A stretch of DNA of 64,000 nucleotides from Cyanobacteria bacterium P01_F01_bin.150 (GCA_039189765.1 JBCCYL010000018.1:1-64000); one strand, 5' to 3'. Counted from the stretch's first letter, positions 39,881-49,430 are shown. A program made the numbers and translations. Notes: generated by a model not told the origin, from the sequence alone.

Positions 39881-40066
39881 TTAACAATGTGCAAGGCTTT
39901 TATTTCCTATTATTGATATCTCCTGCGACCGACGTAGAAAATTATGAAAATCTTCTACGTCAAATAATCCAGGCATTTCCTGATGACATTTGGGACAATA
40001 CCAGTAAGCGGTATTATTGCGAATATGGTGAAGTAACGTATTGTGACAACAAAGACAATAATTCAT
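39881..40066 (-). CDS. Small Cys-rich Zn-ribbon-like protein
   Basis: MNYCLCC..LL.HIR....WYCPKC.QEMP; strong RBS (GGAGGGAGG). Confidence 0.7.
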   Translation of the reverse strand: MNYCLCCHNTLLHHIRNNTAYWYCPKCHQEMPGLFDVEDFHNFLRRSQEISIIGNKSLAHC

Positions 40067-40099
40067 AACTTCCTCCCTCCTTCTTTAATACAATTAATA

Positions 40100-40127
40100 T
40101 CAGGGAAACTTGAGGATCTTATGAGGA
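40100..40127 (-). promoter_or_regulatory. TCCTCA-N5-TCCTCA direct-repeat box upstream of the Zn-ribbon gene
   Basis: Minus strand TCCTCA-TAAGA-TCCTCA-AGTTT-CCCTGA, 11-bp period. Confidence 0.55.
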
Positions 40128-40137
40128 TACTGAACTG

Positions 40138-40218
40138 GGCTTGAATTTTAAGGTGTGAAACAGGGGCGCTCCGCGCCCCTGTTTCACATTAGATCTTTCC
40201 CTGCTTAAGTTTTAAGCC
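40138..40218 (+). mobile_element. 81-bp double-hairpin dispersed repeat (family 1, copy B)
   Basis: GGCTTGAATTTTAAG-GTGTGAAACAGGGGCGC-TCC-GCGCCCCTGTTTCAC-..GCTTAAGTTTTAAGCC. Confidence 0.75.
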
Positions 40219-40228
40219 CTGCGAGGAT

Positions 40229-40347
40229 GCGATCGCTCTTACCCTCCTAAGAAACACGACGTGTTTCTTGCATGTTGAACGAGTTGTGTCGGCGAAATCG
40301 ACACAACTCGTTAGAGGCTGGGATGAGTCAATAGTTTAAGCGATCGC
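40229..40347. repeat. Double-hairpin element bracketed by two HIP1 sites (family 3)
   Basis: AAGAAACAC-GAC-GTGTTTCTT and AACGAGTTGTGTCG-..-CGACACAACTCGTT between GCGATCGC at 40229 and 40340; partial inverted copy at about 66-103. Confidence 0.6.
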
Positions 40348-40372
40348 CAGGTTTGACAAATCTGGCCTAGCC

Positions 40373-40939
40373 TTAGGCTATACAAGCAACCTTCTCGGTT
40401 TCGGGGACAATAGCAGGCATTGTAGGACGCCCCCACTTAGGTTGTTGATAGGTTTTGAAAAATTTGGCAATGGTTTGAAGGGCGCGATCGCCCCCCTGTT
40501 TGGCCGTATCTGACAGGGCACAGCCCAAATCAAACCGCGCTGCCGCCACCTGCAATAACCAGGCACAGGGATAGCTCCCATACTGGGCATGGGTCAATTT
40601 CAATAGAGTACAGGGATCACAATGATGGGATTTCCCCGAAAAGGATATGGGCTGTGGACAAATCACCAGCGGATCAATTTGCACCGTTTGAGCACAGCTA
40701 CGACTGCACGCATCGACAAAAATCACGTGGTTCGTTTTTGCCATCTCCGCTGTCAATTCAGGGGATAATTGGGGAACCGCCAGAGTCTTTACCGACGGTA
40801 AATTCCAATCAGCCACCGCCTTTGCAACCCACGGGCCAACCCCATTGTCACCTCGACGTTCATTGCCGTAACCAATTACAAGAAAATGGGATATAGTCTC
40901 AGGCTCTGCTTGCACCTTGGGAGCAGTGGCAACCATCAT
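40373..40939 (-). CDS. hoxW: Hydrogenase maturation protease (HoxW-like)
   Basis: LVIGYGN..RGD.GVG, QL.PEL, VIFVDA, SHH.DP, F.LG..LS. Confidence 0.8.
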   Translation of the reverse strand: MMVATAPKVQAEPETISHFLVIGYGNERRGDNGVGPWVAKAVADWNLPSVKTLAVPQLSPELTAEMAKTNHVIFVDACSRSCAQTVQIDPLVICPQPISFSGKSHHCDPCTLLKLTHAQYGSYPCAWLLQVAAARFDLGCALSDTAKQGGDRALQTIAKFFKTYQQPKWGRPTMPAIVPETEKVACIA

Positions 40940-41039
40940 TCTGTCTCCTGTTTAAATAAATAATTTTGAGAATGAACTGTTATTGAAAATATATTCGTAG
41001 TGAATATTTTTAAGATAGAAGAACAGTTCACTTTCTTTC

Positions 41040-41073
41040 ATCATAGGGAAGAAAGTTGAGGATTTCATGAGGA
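41040..41073 (-). promoter_or_regulatory. TCCTCA-N5-TCCTCA box plus TATGAT -10 element upstream of hoxW
   Basis: Minus strand TCCTCA-TGAAA-TCCTCA-ACTTTCTTCCC-TATGAT. Confidence 0.55.
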
Positions 41074-41921
41074 ATAAATCACTGATATCTAGTTCGTTTC
41101 CCCCAGACACTAACTGCCATCCTCGTAAACCTTCACTTGAACATAGCTGAACCAATGAGGGGATTTTATTCCCCGGTAGATCATAGCCTAATTAATGGGA
41201 ATTGGCAGTGAAATAACACAATTAAATTTGCTGTAGTGAACCTCCTTATAAACGCGATCGCAATCTTTTAATTAGCTTGGAGCTTTCTACAGTGCTGTTT
41301 CTAGATAGGGTATCAGCCAGAAGATGAGCAGTTTAAGTGCTTTGAGTTCACACTATCTTTAACTTTTAAAACAAATCCCGTTTTAACAGGAATTAAAACT
41401 TAATAAGATACTGCAACACTCCACGCCCTAATGTCTCGACTTGAGCAATAAGTCTTCAAGGTAAAATATAAAGAGAATATGAGGATTGCATTTTCTGAAT
41501 TTATTAAATTAGACAACTAAAACTTAATAAAATTCAAGTTATCTACAGCAATTATAGGTATCAATAAATCATTCATATTCTCTTAAATTATGTTAGTAAA
41601 GGCTTCAAACTTCCATACAGTCATCATAATCATCTTTACTGGCCTAAAGTTAAAACGCTTAGGATTTATTATTGCCCACTTTCTCTTTTGAGAACTAATT
41701 TTTATTCCTCAAAAATACAGCCACCATTGCCTTGACGTGCACACAGCGATCAGGGGTACGAAATTCCGTGCTTCATCCTCTTAGCATATATATTTATTTC
41801 TTAATAATAAAGGGGCTGAGTTTATCTTTCTTTATAAAAGTCGAGTTATTCGCATCATTGCAGCTCCAGGATTGGCGGATTGCCTGGAATCCATGAGAAT
41901 CATACGGGAATTGGCTCATTC

Positions 41922-42296
41922 CTACCAGGATAGAAAACCTGAGATTTGGCTAGCCAAAGTAGTGGGATCAAAGGGTTTGGAGATAACGCCTTTAGCGCCT
42001 GCCGTATAAAATTCCTTACGACTGCTGGCTTGGGCTTTGGCCGTCAGAAAAATAACGGGAATATCTTTAGTCGCTGGTATGGTCTGTAGCAGTTCCAGGG
42101 TAGCGAGGCCATCTCGCCCAGGCATCATGGCGTCAAGCAAAACTGCATCGGGTTGCTCATTTATGGCAACCTCAACCCCTTCATCCCCTGACGAAGCAGT
42201 GAGCATCTCCCAAGCAGCTTCCATCATCAACCCCAGCTCAACAATGGTGTGGATGTCGGGTTCGTCGTCGATTAATAGAATGCGCTTATTAGCCAT
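41922..42296 (-). CDS. Single-domain response regulator (RcaF/CheY-like)
   Basis: LIDDE, LLDAMMP, FLTAK, SKPFD. Confidence 0.92.
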   Translation of the reverse strand: MANKRILLIDDEPDIHTIVELGLMMEAAWEMLTASSGDEGVEVAINEQPDAVLLDAMMPGRDGLATLELLQTIPATKDIPVIFLTAKAQASSRKEFYTAGAKGVISKPFDPTTLASQISGFLSW

Positions 42297-42574
42297 AAAG
42301 AGAAGGAGTGCTAGATTTTCGATTTTGGAACGGTGACTGAGCTTGCCGAAGTCTCTGGATTTTGGAACAATAACTGAGCTCGTTGAAGTCTGAATTTTGG
42401 GTTTCGGCTTGATCGCGCCTCAAACCTTTGGCTTGAACTCTGGTCGAAAGCTGTGCTCAAGCCAAACGACTTAGTCAAACGATTTTAGACTTTGAACGTT
42501 GTCTTTTTTCTGGAAAGAAGAAATTACGTTGGGAACCAGAAAGAAACAGCTCCCTTTAAAATTGTAAGCTATCG

Positions 42575-45388
42575 TTACCGCCTGTGGGGAATGGAGAAAA
42601 AGAAGGTACTGCCTTTGCCCATGGTACTTTCGACCCAAATCTTGCCATTGTGCTGCTGTATAATTTGCTGACAGATGGTGAGACCCAAGCCCGTCCCGCC
42701 CCGTTGGCGAGAGTCAGACGCATCGACCTGTTGAAACCGCTCAAAAATAGTATCAACCTTGCTTGCAGGAATTCCTCGTCCTTGATCTTGCACCAAGATA
42801 ACTGTTACATCTGCCTGGATTTTGGCCCTTAGCCAAACGGTGTCACCAGGGTTGGAAAACTTGATGGCATTGTTGAGTAAGTTAGTGAGAACTTGAGTTA
42901 AATGATCGGAGTCGGCCCAAATGCTGGTTTCCAACGGTGTCACTGATAGCTGGACATCGTATTCCCTCGCCATCGACTGCATGGATTGAATCGATTGAGT
43001 CATCAGAGACGATAACTTACAGCTCTGTAGGTTCATAGTGATGCGGCCCGATTGAATCCGCTCTAGGTCCAGCACATCATTAATCAGGCGGGTAAGTCGT
43101 TCGGTATTTCTCAGGGCAATGTCCACAATGTTCTGCCCTTGGGGCGCTAAGGCCCCCAAACGTTTGGTTGCCAGTAGTTTTAGAGACCCATGGATAGAGG
43201 TCAACGGGGTTCGCAGTTCATGACCAACAACGGACACAAACTCATCCTTAAGGCGTTCGGTGGCTTTGCGATCGCTAATATCGTTAATCAAGCTAAAAAA
43301 GCCGTTGACGATCCCATCTCCTTTTACATCAGGAATATAGGTGATATCTAAATCACGAGTTTTGCCATCGGGAGTCAAACGCGACGTTTCATAGCGCACC
43401 TGTTCTCCTGCTAAGGCTGTTTTGATATGTGATTCTGCTTGGTTATAGGCTTCGTTACCAATCACCTCACGAATCGACTGACCGCATAATTCAGCGATAG
43501 GGCGTTGAAACCAATCCGCATAGGTCTGATTGAGAAATTTATAGCGCTGGTGAATGTCCACATAACAAATCAACGCAGGCAGGGCATCGGTGGTCAAGCG
43601 TAACTGTTCCTCACTCCGCCGCAGGGCATCTTCAGCCTGCTGACGTGCGGTAATGTCCTTCAGCATTACCGTAAACAGATAGCCTTCATGGGTTAACTGT
43701 TTAGAAATGGAGGCTTCTGCCGGAAATTCATCCCCATTTTTGCGTCGTCCCCAAATATTACGGTTACGTTCTGCCATTGGTCGAGAAGTGTCCATAGACA
43801 TGGCAAAAGTTTGCACATATTGTCGATGCCGCTGACAAAAAATTTGGGGTAAAAGCACGTCAAGGGACTGTCCCACCACCTCATCGGCAGTATAACCAAA
43901 AATCATTTCAGCACCTTGGTTGTAAAGCACAATTTGCTGATTTTGATCGATGGAAATAATCGCTTCATCTGCATTATCGAGGATACCGCTCAAACGCTGT
44001 TGGTTTTCCCTTAGCTCAAGTTCCGTATTCACTCGTTCTTCAATTTCCCGTTCCAGTTGGAGATTGGTTTGGCGCAGTTGGGCTGTACGCTGATCGACTT
44101 GCTGTTCCAGCTTGCTTAAGAGCTGAGACTGGGCAATGGCAATGCCAAGCTGGTTAGAAATTTGTTGGACCAAGTCAATTTCAAATGCTTCCCATTGGCG
44201 GGGGGTATCGCACTGCACAATAATAATTAGTCCCCACAGGTCTTCCCCAAGATGAATGGCTACCTCAACGCAGGATTTTACATTGTACTCATGTAGCCAT
44301 TGACACGTGTGGAGCGAGCAGGGCGGCATATCTGGGACGTCAAACACACAGGTATGGGGTGGGTCTTTGCTGGCATTGTTTATTAGCTTTAGATCCGTCA
44401 CGGCCTCATTCAGCAATAATAAACCTGAATGTGAATGATCCATCGCTTCTTGAATCACCCGTCCGGTTGTATTCGATTCAAGCTGAATGATGAGAACACG
44501 ATCGCACTCCAATAATTCCCGGACCCCTGCGACAGCAGTCTCCAGAATTTTATTTAACTCTAGGGAATCTCGAATATTGCGGGTCACTTCTGTCAGTAGC
44601 TGCTGCTGTTGATACTGTCGGGCGAGGATCTGCTCTTCAGTCCGGAGTTCTTCATCGATTTGAACGATTTGGGCCGCTTGCAGCCCCATGCGCTCTTCTA
44701 GATACCGATTCGCTTGCAGCAAGGTGCTCTCTAACCGTTCTTGTTCTACCAAGCTGGCCTGGAGTTTTTGATTAGAGTCTTGAAGCTGTTGATTGACCTC
44801 ACTTAGCTTTTCAGTTTGGGCTTGGTTTAGGTGCTGAAGCCGTTCTACTTCTTTGAGCATTATTACTGGATCAATGAGGGCTAACAAAGCTGCTTGGGTA
44901 ATGATTCCGGCTAGCCGTCGGTTTTGGTCAAGAATCGGAAGCTGATGCACCTGATGGGTCTTTAATGCCGATAGAACTGAAGAGAGGCTGTGGACTTCAG
45001 CATATTGCAGAGTCCGCACTGGCTGACTCATCACTTGAGCGATCGCCACGTCTTCCAACGGTACGCCATCTGCGACCAGGCAAACCAAATCCCGTTTCGT
45101 AAAAATGCCAAGAAGTTGCTCTTCTTTCATCACCAAAGCACAATCTCTCTGGAGCTGGGGACGTTGCTGCAATGATGCTGATTGCGGAGATAATTCCTGC
45201 TGTAGCGATCCGTCCCCAGGAAGTTGCTTGCCTGCTGTATGGGGACGTTGATAATCCTGAGCTGAAACTGGTTCCATCAAGGCAACAACTTCAGCAATCG
45301 TCATATCAGGCGACACCGTTAGGGGATGACGGTCTAAGAGCTGATCAATCGTGAGACATTGAAGGATGCTTGGGTTGATTAGGGTCAT
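42575..45388 (-). CDS. Sensor histidine kinase CBS-CBS-GAF-PAS-PAS-HisKA-HATPase
   Basis: CBS pair (LGIFTKRD, AGIITQ), GAF (CDRVLI, LWGL, PRQW), two PAS, GHELRTPL, GGTGLGL. Confidence 0.92.
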   Translation of the reverse strand: MTLINPSILQCLTIDQLLDRHPLTVSPDMTIAEVVALMEPVSAQDYQRPHTAGKQLPGDGSLQQELSPQSASLQQRPQLQRDCALVMKEEQLLGIFTKRDLVCLVADGVPLEDVAIAQVMSQPVRTLQYAEVHSLSSVLSALKTHQVHQLPILDQNRRLAGIITQAALLALIDPVIMLKEVERLQHLNQAQTEKLSEVNQQLQDSNQKLQASLVEQERLESTLLQANRYLEERMGLQAAQIVQIDEELRTEEQILARQYQQQQLLTEVTRNIRDSLELNKILETAVAGVRELLECDRVLIIQLESNTTGRVIQEAMDHSHSGLLLLNEAVTDLKLINNASKDPPHTCVFDVPDMPPCSLHTCQWLHEYNVKSCVEVAIHLGEDLWGLIIIVQCDTPRQWEAFEIDLVQQISNQLGIAIAQSQLLSKLEQQVDQRTAQLRQTNLQLEREIEERVNTELELRENQQRLSGILDNADEAIISIDQNQQIVLYNQGAEMIFGYTADEVVGQSLDVLLPQIFCQRHRQYVQTFAMSMDTSRPMAERNRNIWGRRKNGDEFPAEASISKQLTHEGYLFTVMLKDITARQQAEDALRRSEEQLRLTTDALPALICYVDIHQRYKFLNQTYADWFQRPIAELCGQSIREVIGNEAYNQAESHIKTALAGEQVRYETSRLTPDGKTRDLDITYIPDVKGDGIVNGFFSLINDISDRKATERLKDEFVSVVGHELRTPLTSIHGSLKLLATKRLGALAPQGQNIVDIALRNTERLTRLINDVLDLERIQSGRITMNLQSCKLSSLMTQSIQSMQSMAREYDVQLSVTPLETSIWADSDHLTQVLTNLLNNAIKFSNPGDTVWLRAKIQADVTVILVQDQGRGIPASKVDTIFERFQQVDASDSRQRGGTGLGLTICQQIIQQHNGKIWVESTMGKGSTFFFSIPHRR

Positions 45389-45470
45389 ACATCAAGGAGT
45401 ATCACAAGTACTGCGCTGGCTTCAGGATAAGCTGCGATTGCAACTATTAAGGGTGAATTGTGATCAATTT

Positions 45471-47633
45471 TCAAAACTTTTCCATCGTCTTGGTTTGGCG
45501 TCGTAATCGTTGCAAAATGCGGTGGGGTAGTTCCGTCGTCATTCTCGACTTATGGATAAAATCATCGGCCCCTAGATTGAACGCCTGTTGCTGAGTGGAG
45601 ATATCCTCATGAATCGTCAGAAAAACAATGGGGAGCGATCGCCACCGAGCGTCCGCACGCACAACTTGGCAAAGTTCCAGCCCATTTGCATCAGGCATTT
45701 CCACATCCAGCACCACCATATGGGGCTGCACTGTTGCTAGCGTCTCCCAGAGTTTAGACGGATGATTGACCGTTGTGAGCTGAATTCCCCAAGCAGACAC
45801 CAAGGTTTGGGCCAAATCCAGCACCTGGTCATCATCATCCACCATCACCACCTTGAAATCTCTGTGGACATCCCGGAAAATCTGCTGCACATGCCCCAGT
45901 AAGTCTTGGGGTGAAATGGAGAAGGGCAACAGCCGATCCACCCCATGCTGTACCAGTTCAAGTCGTTGACGAAAGTCATCGATATCGGTAACCAGCAGAA
46001 TCGGCACAGACGTGGCACCATAGTCTTTGAGACCGTTGCTAGGGTTCTTTTCATCAGGTTCCAGAGCTGCCACTGTTTGAGTATTGGCTAATGTGATGGT
46101 CTGGTTAATAGCGTCTAGCCATTCAACCCCATGTTCCAAGGTTTGTTGATGGGTTGTTGTTTTTAGATCTTGATGCGTTTCCTGGGCCAACCATAGAATC
46201 ACCATATCAGGCGGCTGTTGTTCTAAATCAGCAGCAAGAAGAGCCTTATCCAAACTATTGTCAGAACCCATGCCATGTTGCGTGACAATATATTGCCCTG
46301 TGGCCTGGGCTTGAGTTGCCACGGTTTGGGCCATGGTTTGGGCCATGGTTTGGGCAGAAGTATGAGCCGCATCAATCAGGAGCAGTCGCGGAGCATAGGG
46401 GTGTTTCAGCGGTTGAATTGGAGCTGCTATGTTCGCGCTAAATTGACCCGCCTGATGGGAATCCCCGTCCAGATTGAGCCGCAGATCACGAACTAGCCGG
46501 GAGAAGCGAGTAGGATAGGCCTGTGTACTATCCGTATCACCGCTCATCAAAGTCTCCAACGTCAATAAATGTTCCAGCTCACGGGCTAATCGTGATCCTT
46601 CAGTAAATCCAAAGCAGCCCAGCGCCCCAGCTAATTTATGGGCTTGGGACCGTCCCGCCTGCTGGAGTTCCTGATCAAGATGACCGTTTTCAATAGCGAC
46701 AGCAGTCGCCTCCAATACCCTCAGCCGTTCACGCATGGTCCCCTGATGTTTGGTCCAAGCCCGAGCCACCGCTGCTTCAATCTCAACACGGGAGGGTTGG
46801 GACTGAGGTTCAACCTGAGACTCCTCTGGCTGCAACGATGTGGTTTGAGAATAATTAGCTGAGCAAGGAGCGAAGCTGGGCGCGATCGCGTTGGGGCTAG
46901 CCTGGAGTTTGGCTTTAACGTTGGATTTAACGGGTGAAGAGGATAGGCCTGCCCCAGTGACCATTGGTTTGAGCCGATAGCCCATACCGTAGACTGTTTC
47001 AATAAAATCTTTGGGAGCACCGCCAGCCTTTAGCTTTTGCCGCAGCCCTTTAATATGGGTTCTAACCGCATCGCTGCTGGGCGGGTCTTCGAAGGACCAA
47101 AGATTTTCAATAATCGCATCCAAACTAAACACTCGACTGGGATGCCGCAAAAATAACTCTAACAGTGCATATTCTTTAGGCGTAGTGTGAAGAATATGGG
47201 TTCCGTAGAACACTTCAAAGGATTCAGGATTAAGACGTAATTCGCCCCAGATGATGTCCGATGTAGATGATTGACTATCTCGTCGCAAAAGGGCACGAAT
47301 TCGAGCGCACAGCACTTCAAAATCAAACGGTTTCACCACATAGTCATCGGCTCCTGCATCCAACGCTGCCACTTTATCTTGATTGGCATCTGTGGCCGTG
47401 AGCATCAAAATCGGTACGTTTACGCCTTTTTGACGAAAGTATTGGCATAGGGTAATGCCATGGCTATCTGGTAACACCATATCAAGAACAATCAGGTCAT
47501 AGGAAAACAGATCGACAAAATCTTGAGCTGTTTCCCCATCAATGGCGATATCAACTGCATAGCGCTGTTTGATTAGGTTTGTCATCAATGTTTCCATTAA
47601 TGGTTCGTCGTCATCGATAAGTAGGATGCGCAT
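45471..47633 (-). CDS. Multidomain OmpR-family regulator REC-wHTH-HPt-pseudoREC-REC (RcaC-like)
   Basis: MRILLIDDD, GADDYVVKPF, VRTHIKGLRQKL..IETVYGMGYRL, AHKLAGALG (HPt), C-terminal VDDD/LDVEMP. Confidence 0.9.
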   Translation of the reverse strand: MRILLIDDDEPLMETLMTNLIKQRYAVDIAIDGETAQDFVDLFSYDLIVLDMVLPDSHGITLCQYFRQKGVNVPILMLTATDANQDKVAALDAGADDYVVKPFDFEVLCARIRALLRRDSQSSTSDIIWGELRLNPESFEVFYGTHILHTTPKEYALLELFLRHPSRVFSLDAIIENLWSFEDPPSSDAVRTHIKGLRQKLKAGGAPKDFIETVYGMGYRLKPMVTGAGLSSSPVKSNVKAKLQASPNAIAPSFAPCSANYSQTTSLQPEESQVEPQSQPSRVEIEAAVARAWTKHQGTMRERLRVLEATAVAIENGHLDQELQQAGRSQAHKLAGALGCFGFTEGSRLARELEHLLTLETLMSGDTDSTQAYPTRFSRLVRDLRLNLDGDSHQAGQFSANIAAPIQPLKHPYAPRLLLIDAAHTSAQTMAQTMAQTVATQAQATGQYIVTQHGMGSDNSLDKALLAADLEQQPPDMVILWLAQETHQDLKTTTHQQTLEHGVEWLDAINQTITLANTQTVAALEPDEKNPSNGLKDYGATSVPILLVTDIDDFRQRLELVQHGVDRLLPFSISPQDLLGHVQQIFRDVHRDFKVVMVDDDDQVLDLAQTLVSAWGIQLTTVNHPSKLWETLATVQPHMVVLDVEMPDANGLELCQVVRADARWRSLPIVFLTIHEDISTQQQAFNLGADDFIHKSRMTTELPHRILQRLRRQTKTMEKF

Positions 47634-47644
47634 ATTGAGTGCTT

Positions 47645-47864
47645 GGGTTGGGGAGTTGGGGAGTTGGGGAGTTGGGAAGTTGGGGAGTTGGGAAGTTGGA
47701 GAGTTGGGGAGTTGGGGAGTTGGGAAGTTGGAGAGTTGGGGAGTTGGGGAGTTGGGGAGTTGGGGAGTTGGGGAGTTGGGGAGTTGGAGAGTTTGCGTAG
47801 GGTGTGTTAGGCGATAGCCGTAACGCATCATCGGAGAAGTTGGGGAGTTGGGGAGTTGGGGAGT
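47645..47864. repeat. STRR octamer tract (TTGGGGAG)n interrupted by a GTAG REP
   Basis: Roughly 20 copies of GGGAGTTG variants; GTAGGGTGTGTTAGGCGATAGCCGTAACGCATC at 47797-47829. Confidence 0.9.
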
Positions 47865-47873
47865 TTTTAGAAA

Positions 47874-47901
47874 TCCCCACAAGTTCCTCAGACTTTTCTT
47901 A
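47874..47901 (+). promoter_or_regulatory. Three-unit TCCTCA-type direct repeat upstream of usp / divergent rcaC-like gene
   Basis: TCCCCA-CAAGT-TCCTCA-GACTT-TTCTTA, 11-bp period. Confidence 0.5.
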
Positions 47902-48003
47902 TACACCAATAAGTAGGAGGTAATAAGATCTCCGCTACAGAGCTTATTGTTTCCTCTATTAATCCATCGTTGTCAGGATTTATTCAGACTTGGGGGAATA
48001 TGT

Positions 48004-48567
48004 ATGTTTAAGAAAATTTTGGTCGCGCTTAATAAATCGGACATTAGTCTGCAAGCGCTGGAGGAGGCGATCGCCCTTGCCCAAGCCACCAATGCCCAAT
48101 TGAAGCTGGTCCATGTCTTAGATGACCGCGATCCAGACCAGCCTGCTTTTCCTTATCCCGTTGACTATCAAGCTTATTCGGCTGCTAATGTCGAGATTCT
48201 CGATCAGTATCAAAAAGATTATCAAGCGTTTGTGGATAACTCTTGGAAATGGTTAAGCTGGCACGCAAACCGAGCAACTGAATTTGGCATTCATACTGAA
48301 TATGACCAGTTTAAGGGGAACGCTGGCAAGCATATTTGCGCGACGGCCAAAGCGTGGGATGCGGATGTCATTATGATTGGTAGCCGTTGTTTAACGGGAC
48401 TCAAAGAACTCTTTTGGGGCAGCGTCAGCAACTATGTTGCCCATCATGCAGCATGTTCTGTTTGTGTCATGCATCCGCAGCTACTCCAGAAACAAGAATC
48501 TGGCCAGCCCACTGACCAACCCACTGACCAAGCTCTCACGGCCAAAACAGCCCTTCCTGTTTCGTAA
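48004..48567 (+). CDS. Universal stress protein
   Basis: MFKKILVAL, LVHVL, ADVIMIGSR.LTGLKEL..GSVSNYV.HHA.CSV. Confidence 0.92.
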   Translation: MFKKILVALNKSDISLQALEEAIALAQATNAQLKLVHVLDDRDPDQPAFPYPVDYQAYSAANVEILDQYQKDYQAFVDNSWKWLSWHANRATEFGIHTEYDQFKGNAGKHICATAKAWDADVIMIGSRCLTGLKELFWGSVSNYVAHHAACSVCVMHPQLLQKQESGQPTDQPTDQALTAKTALPVS

Positions 48568-48716
48568 TAAAGGTGATGACTCCGCAGAGTCGAATCGAAT
48601 TAGAGCATGTTTCCCTACCATGTGAAGAAATATGCCTGGTCGATGCTTAAAGCAAAGATCCAGAAGCCATAACCTCTGGATATGAAATTAATTGAATTTT
48701 ATCGGGAACCAGCACC

Positions 48717-49259
48717 ATGAAAACGACTGTTACAACGACCGTGGCCGATATTATGACGATTGATGTGTTGACGATTGATAGACAAGCCACCGTTGCTGAG
48801 GCGATCGCCCTAATGCAGTATCACCACATTCGAACGCTGATGATCGAACCCGTTAACAAGCATGAAAATCATGGCATTATCACCGAGCGGGATATTGTCT
48901 ATGGCGTTATTGCCCGACGTCTTGACCCACAGCAAATCAGGGTCTCTGAAGTGATGCGATCGCCCTGTGTGCTTATTTTTGCCGACGCTACCGTTTCTGA
49001 AGCCGCCCAGCGGATGGCAGAAGCAGGTATTCAACGCGCCCCAGTGATTGGGTTTGGTGCAGAACAGGACGATAAGCTTTTAGGGATGATTTCCATCACT
49101 GACATTGTGATGAAAATGAACTGGGTGCATGCCAAAGGCCAACCCCTAGAAGCTCATCTTCAAGACGCCCTACGTCACTCTCGCATTATCTCTGACTCCG
49201 ACCAACAAACGGCCAAGGAATCGGCGATCGCCTGGGATATCGTGGAAAAATATGGATAG
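48717..49259 (+). CDS. CBS-domain protein with truncated CP12-like C-terminus
   Basis: CBS pair (GIITERDIV, GMISITDIV); AWDIVE matches the CP12 core AWD.VEE. Confidence 0.8.
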   Translation: MKTTVTTTVADIMTIDVLTIDRQATVAEAIALMQYHHIRTLMIEPVNKHENHGIITERDIVYGVIARRLDPQQIRVSEVMRSPCVLIFADATVSEAAQRMAEAGIQRAPVIGFGAEQDDKLLGMISITDIVMKMNWVHAKGQPLEAHLQDALRHSRIISDSDQQTAKESAIAWDIVEKYG

Positions 49260-49343
49260 AAATTAGAACAATATCAGATATGTAATAAGTCGAAGTCGTA
49301 TCCAACGGTAAGGGATCTGTAACTAAATAACCTACCAAGTTGC

Positions 49344-49377
49344 GTAGGGTGCGTGTAGGCGATAGCCGTAACCCACC
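49344..49377 (+). repeat. GTAG-family REP
   Basis: GTAGGGTGCGTGTAGGCGATAGCCGTAACCCACC, near-identical to 47797-47829. Confidence 0.7.
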
Positions 49378-49430
49378 GGGAGTTTATTTTCATGCAAATC
49401 CCTAACGCTCAGCCAACAATAGATTAACGC

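Noticed and set aside
40952..41155. 67-aa ORF upstream of hoxW
   Set aside because: AT-rich, no recognisable motif, overlaps the putative promoter box
47569..47909. ORFs and the N-terminal extension (PTPQLPNS)n of the regulator
   Set aside because: Translations of the STRR tract; the REC domain starts at 47633
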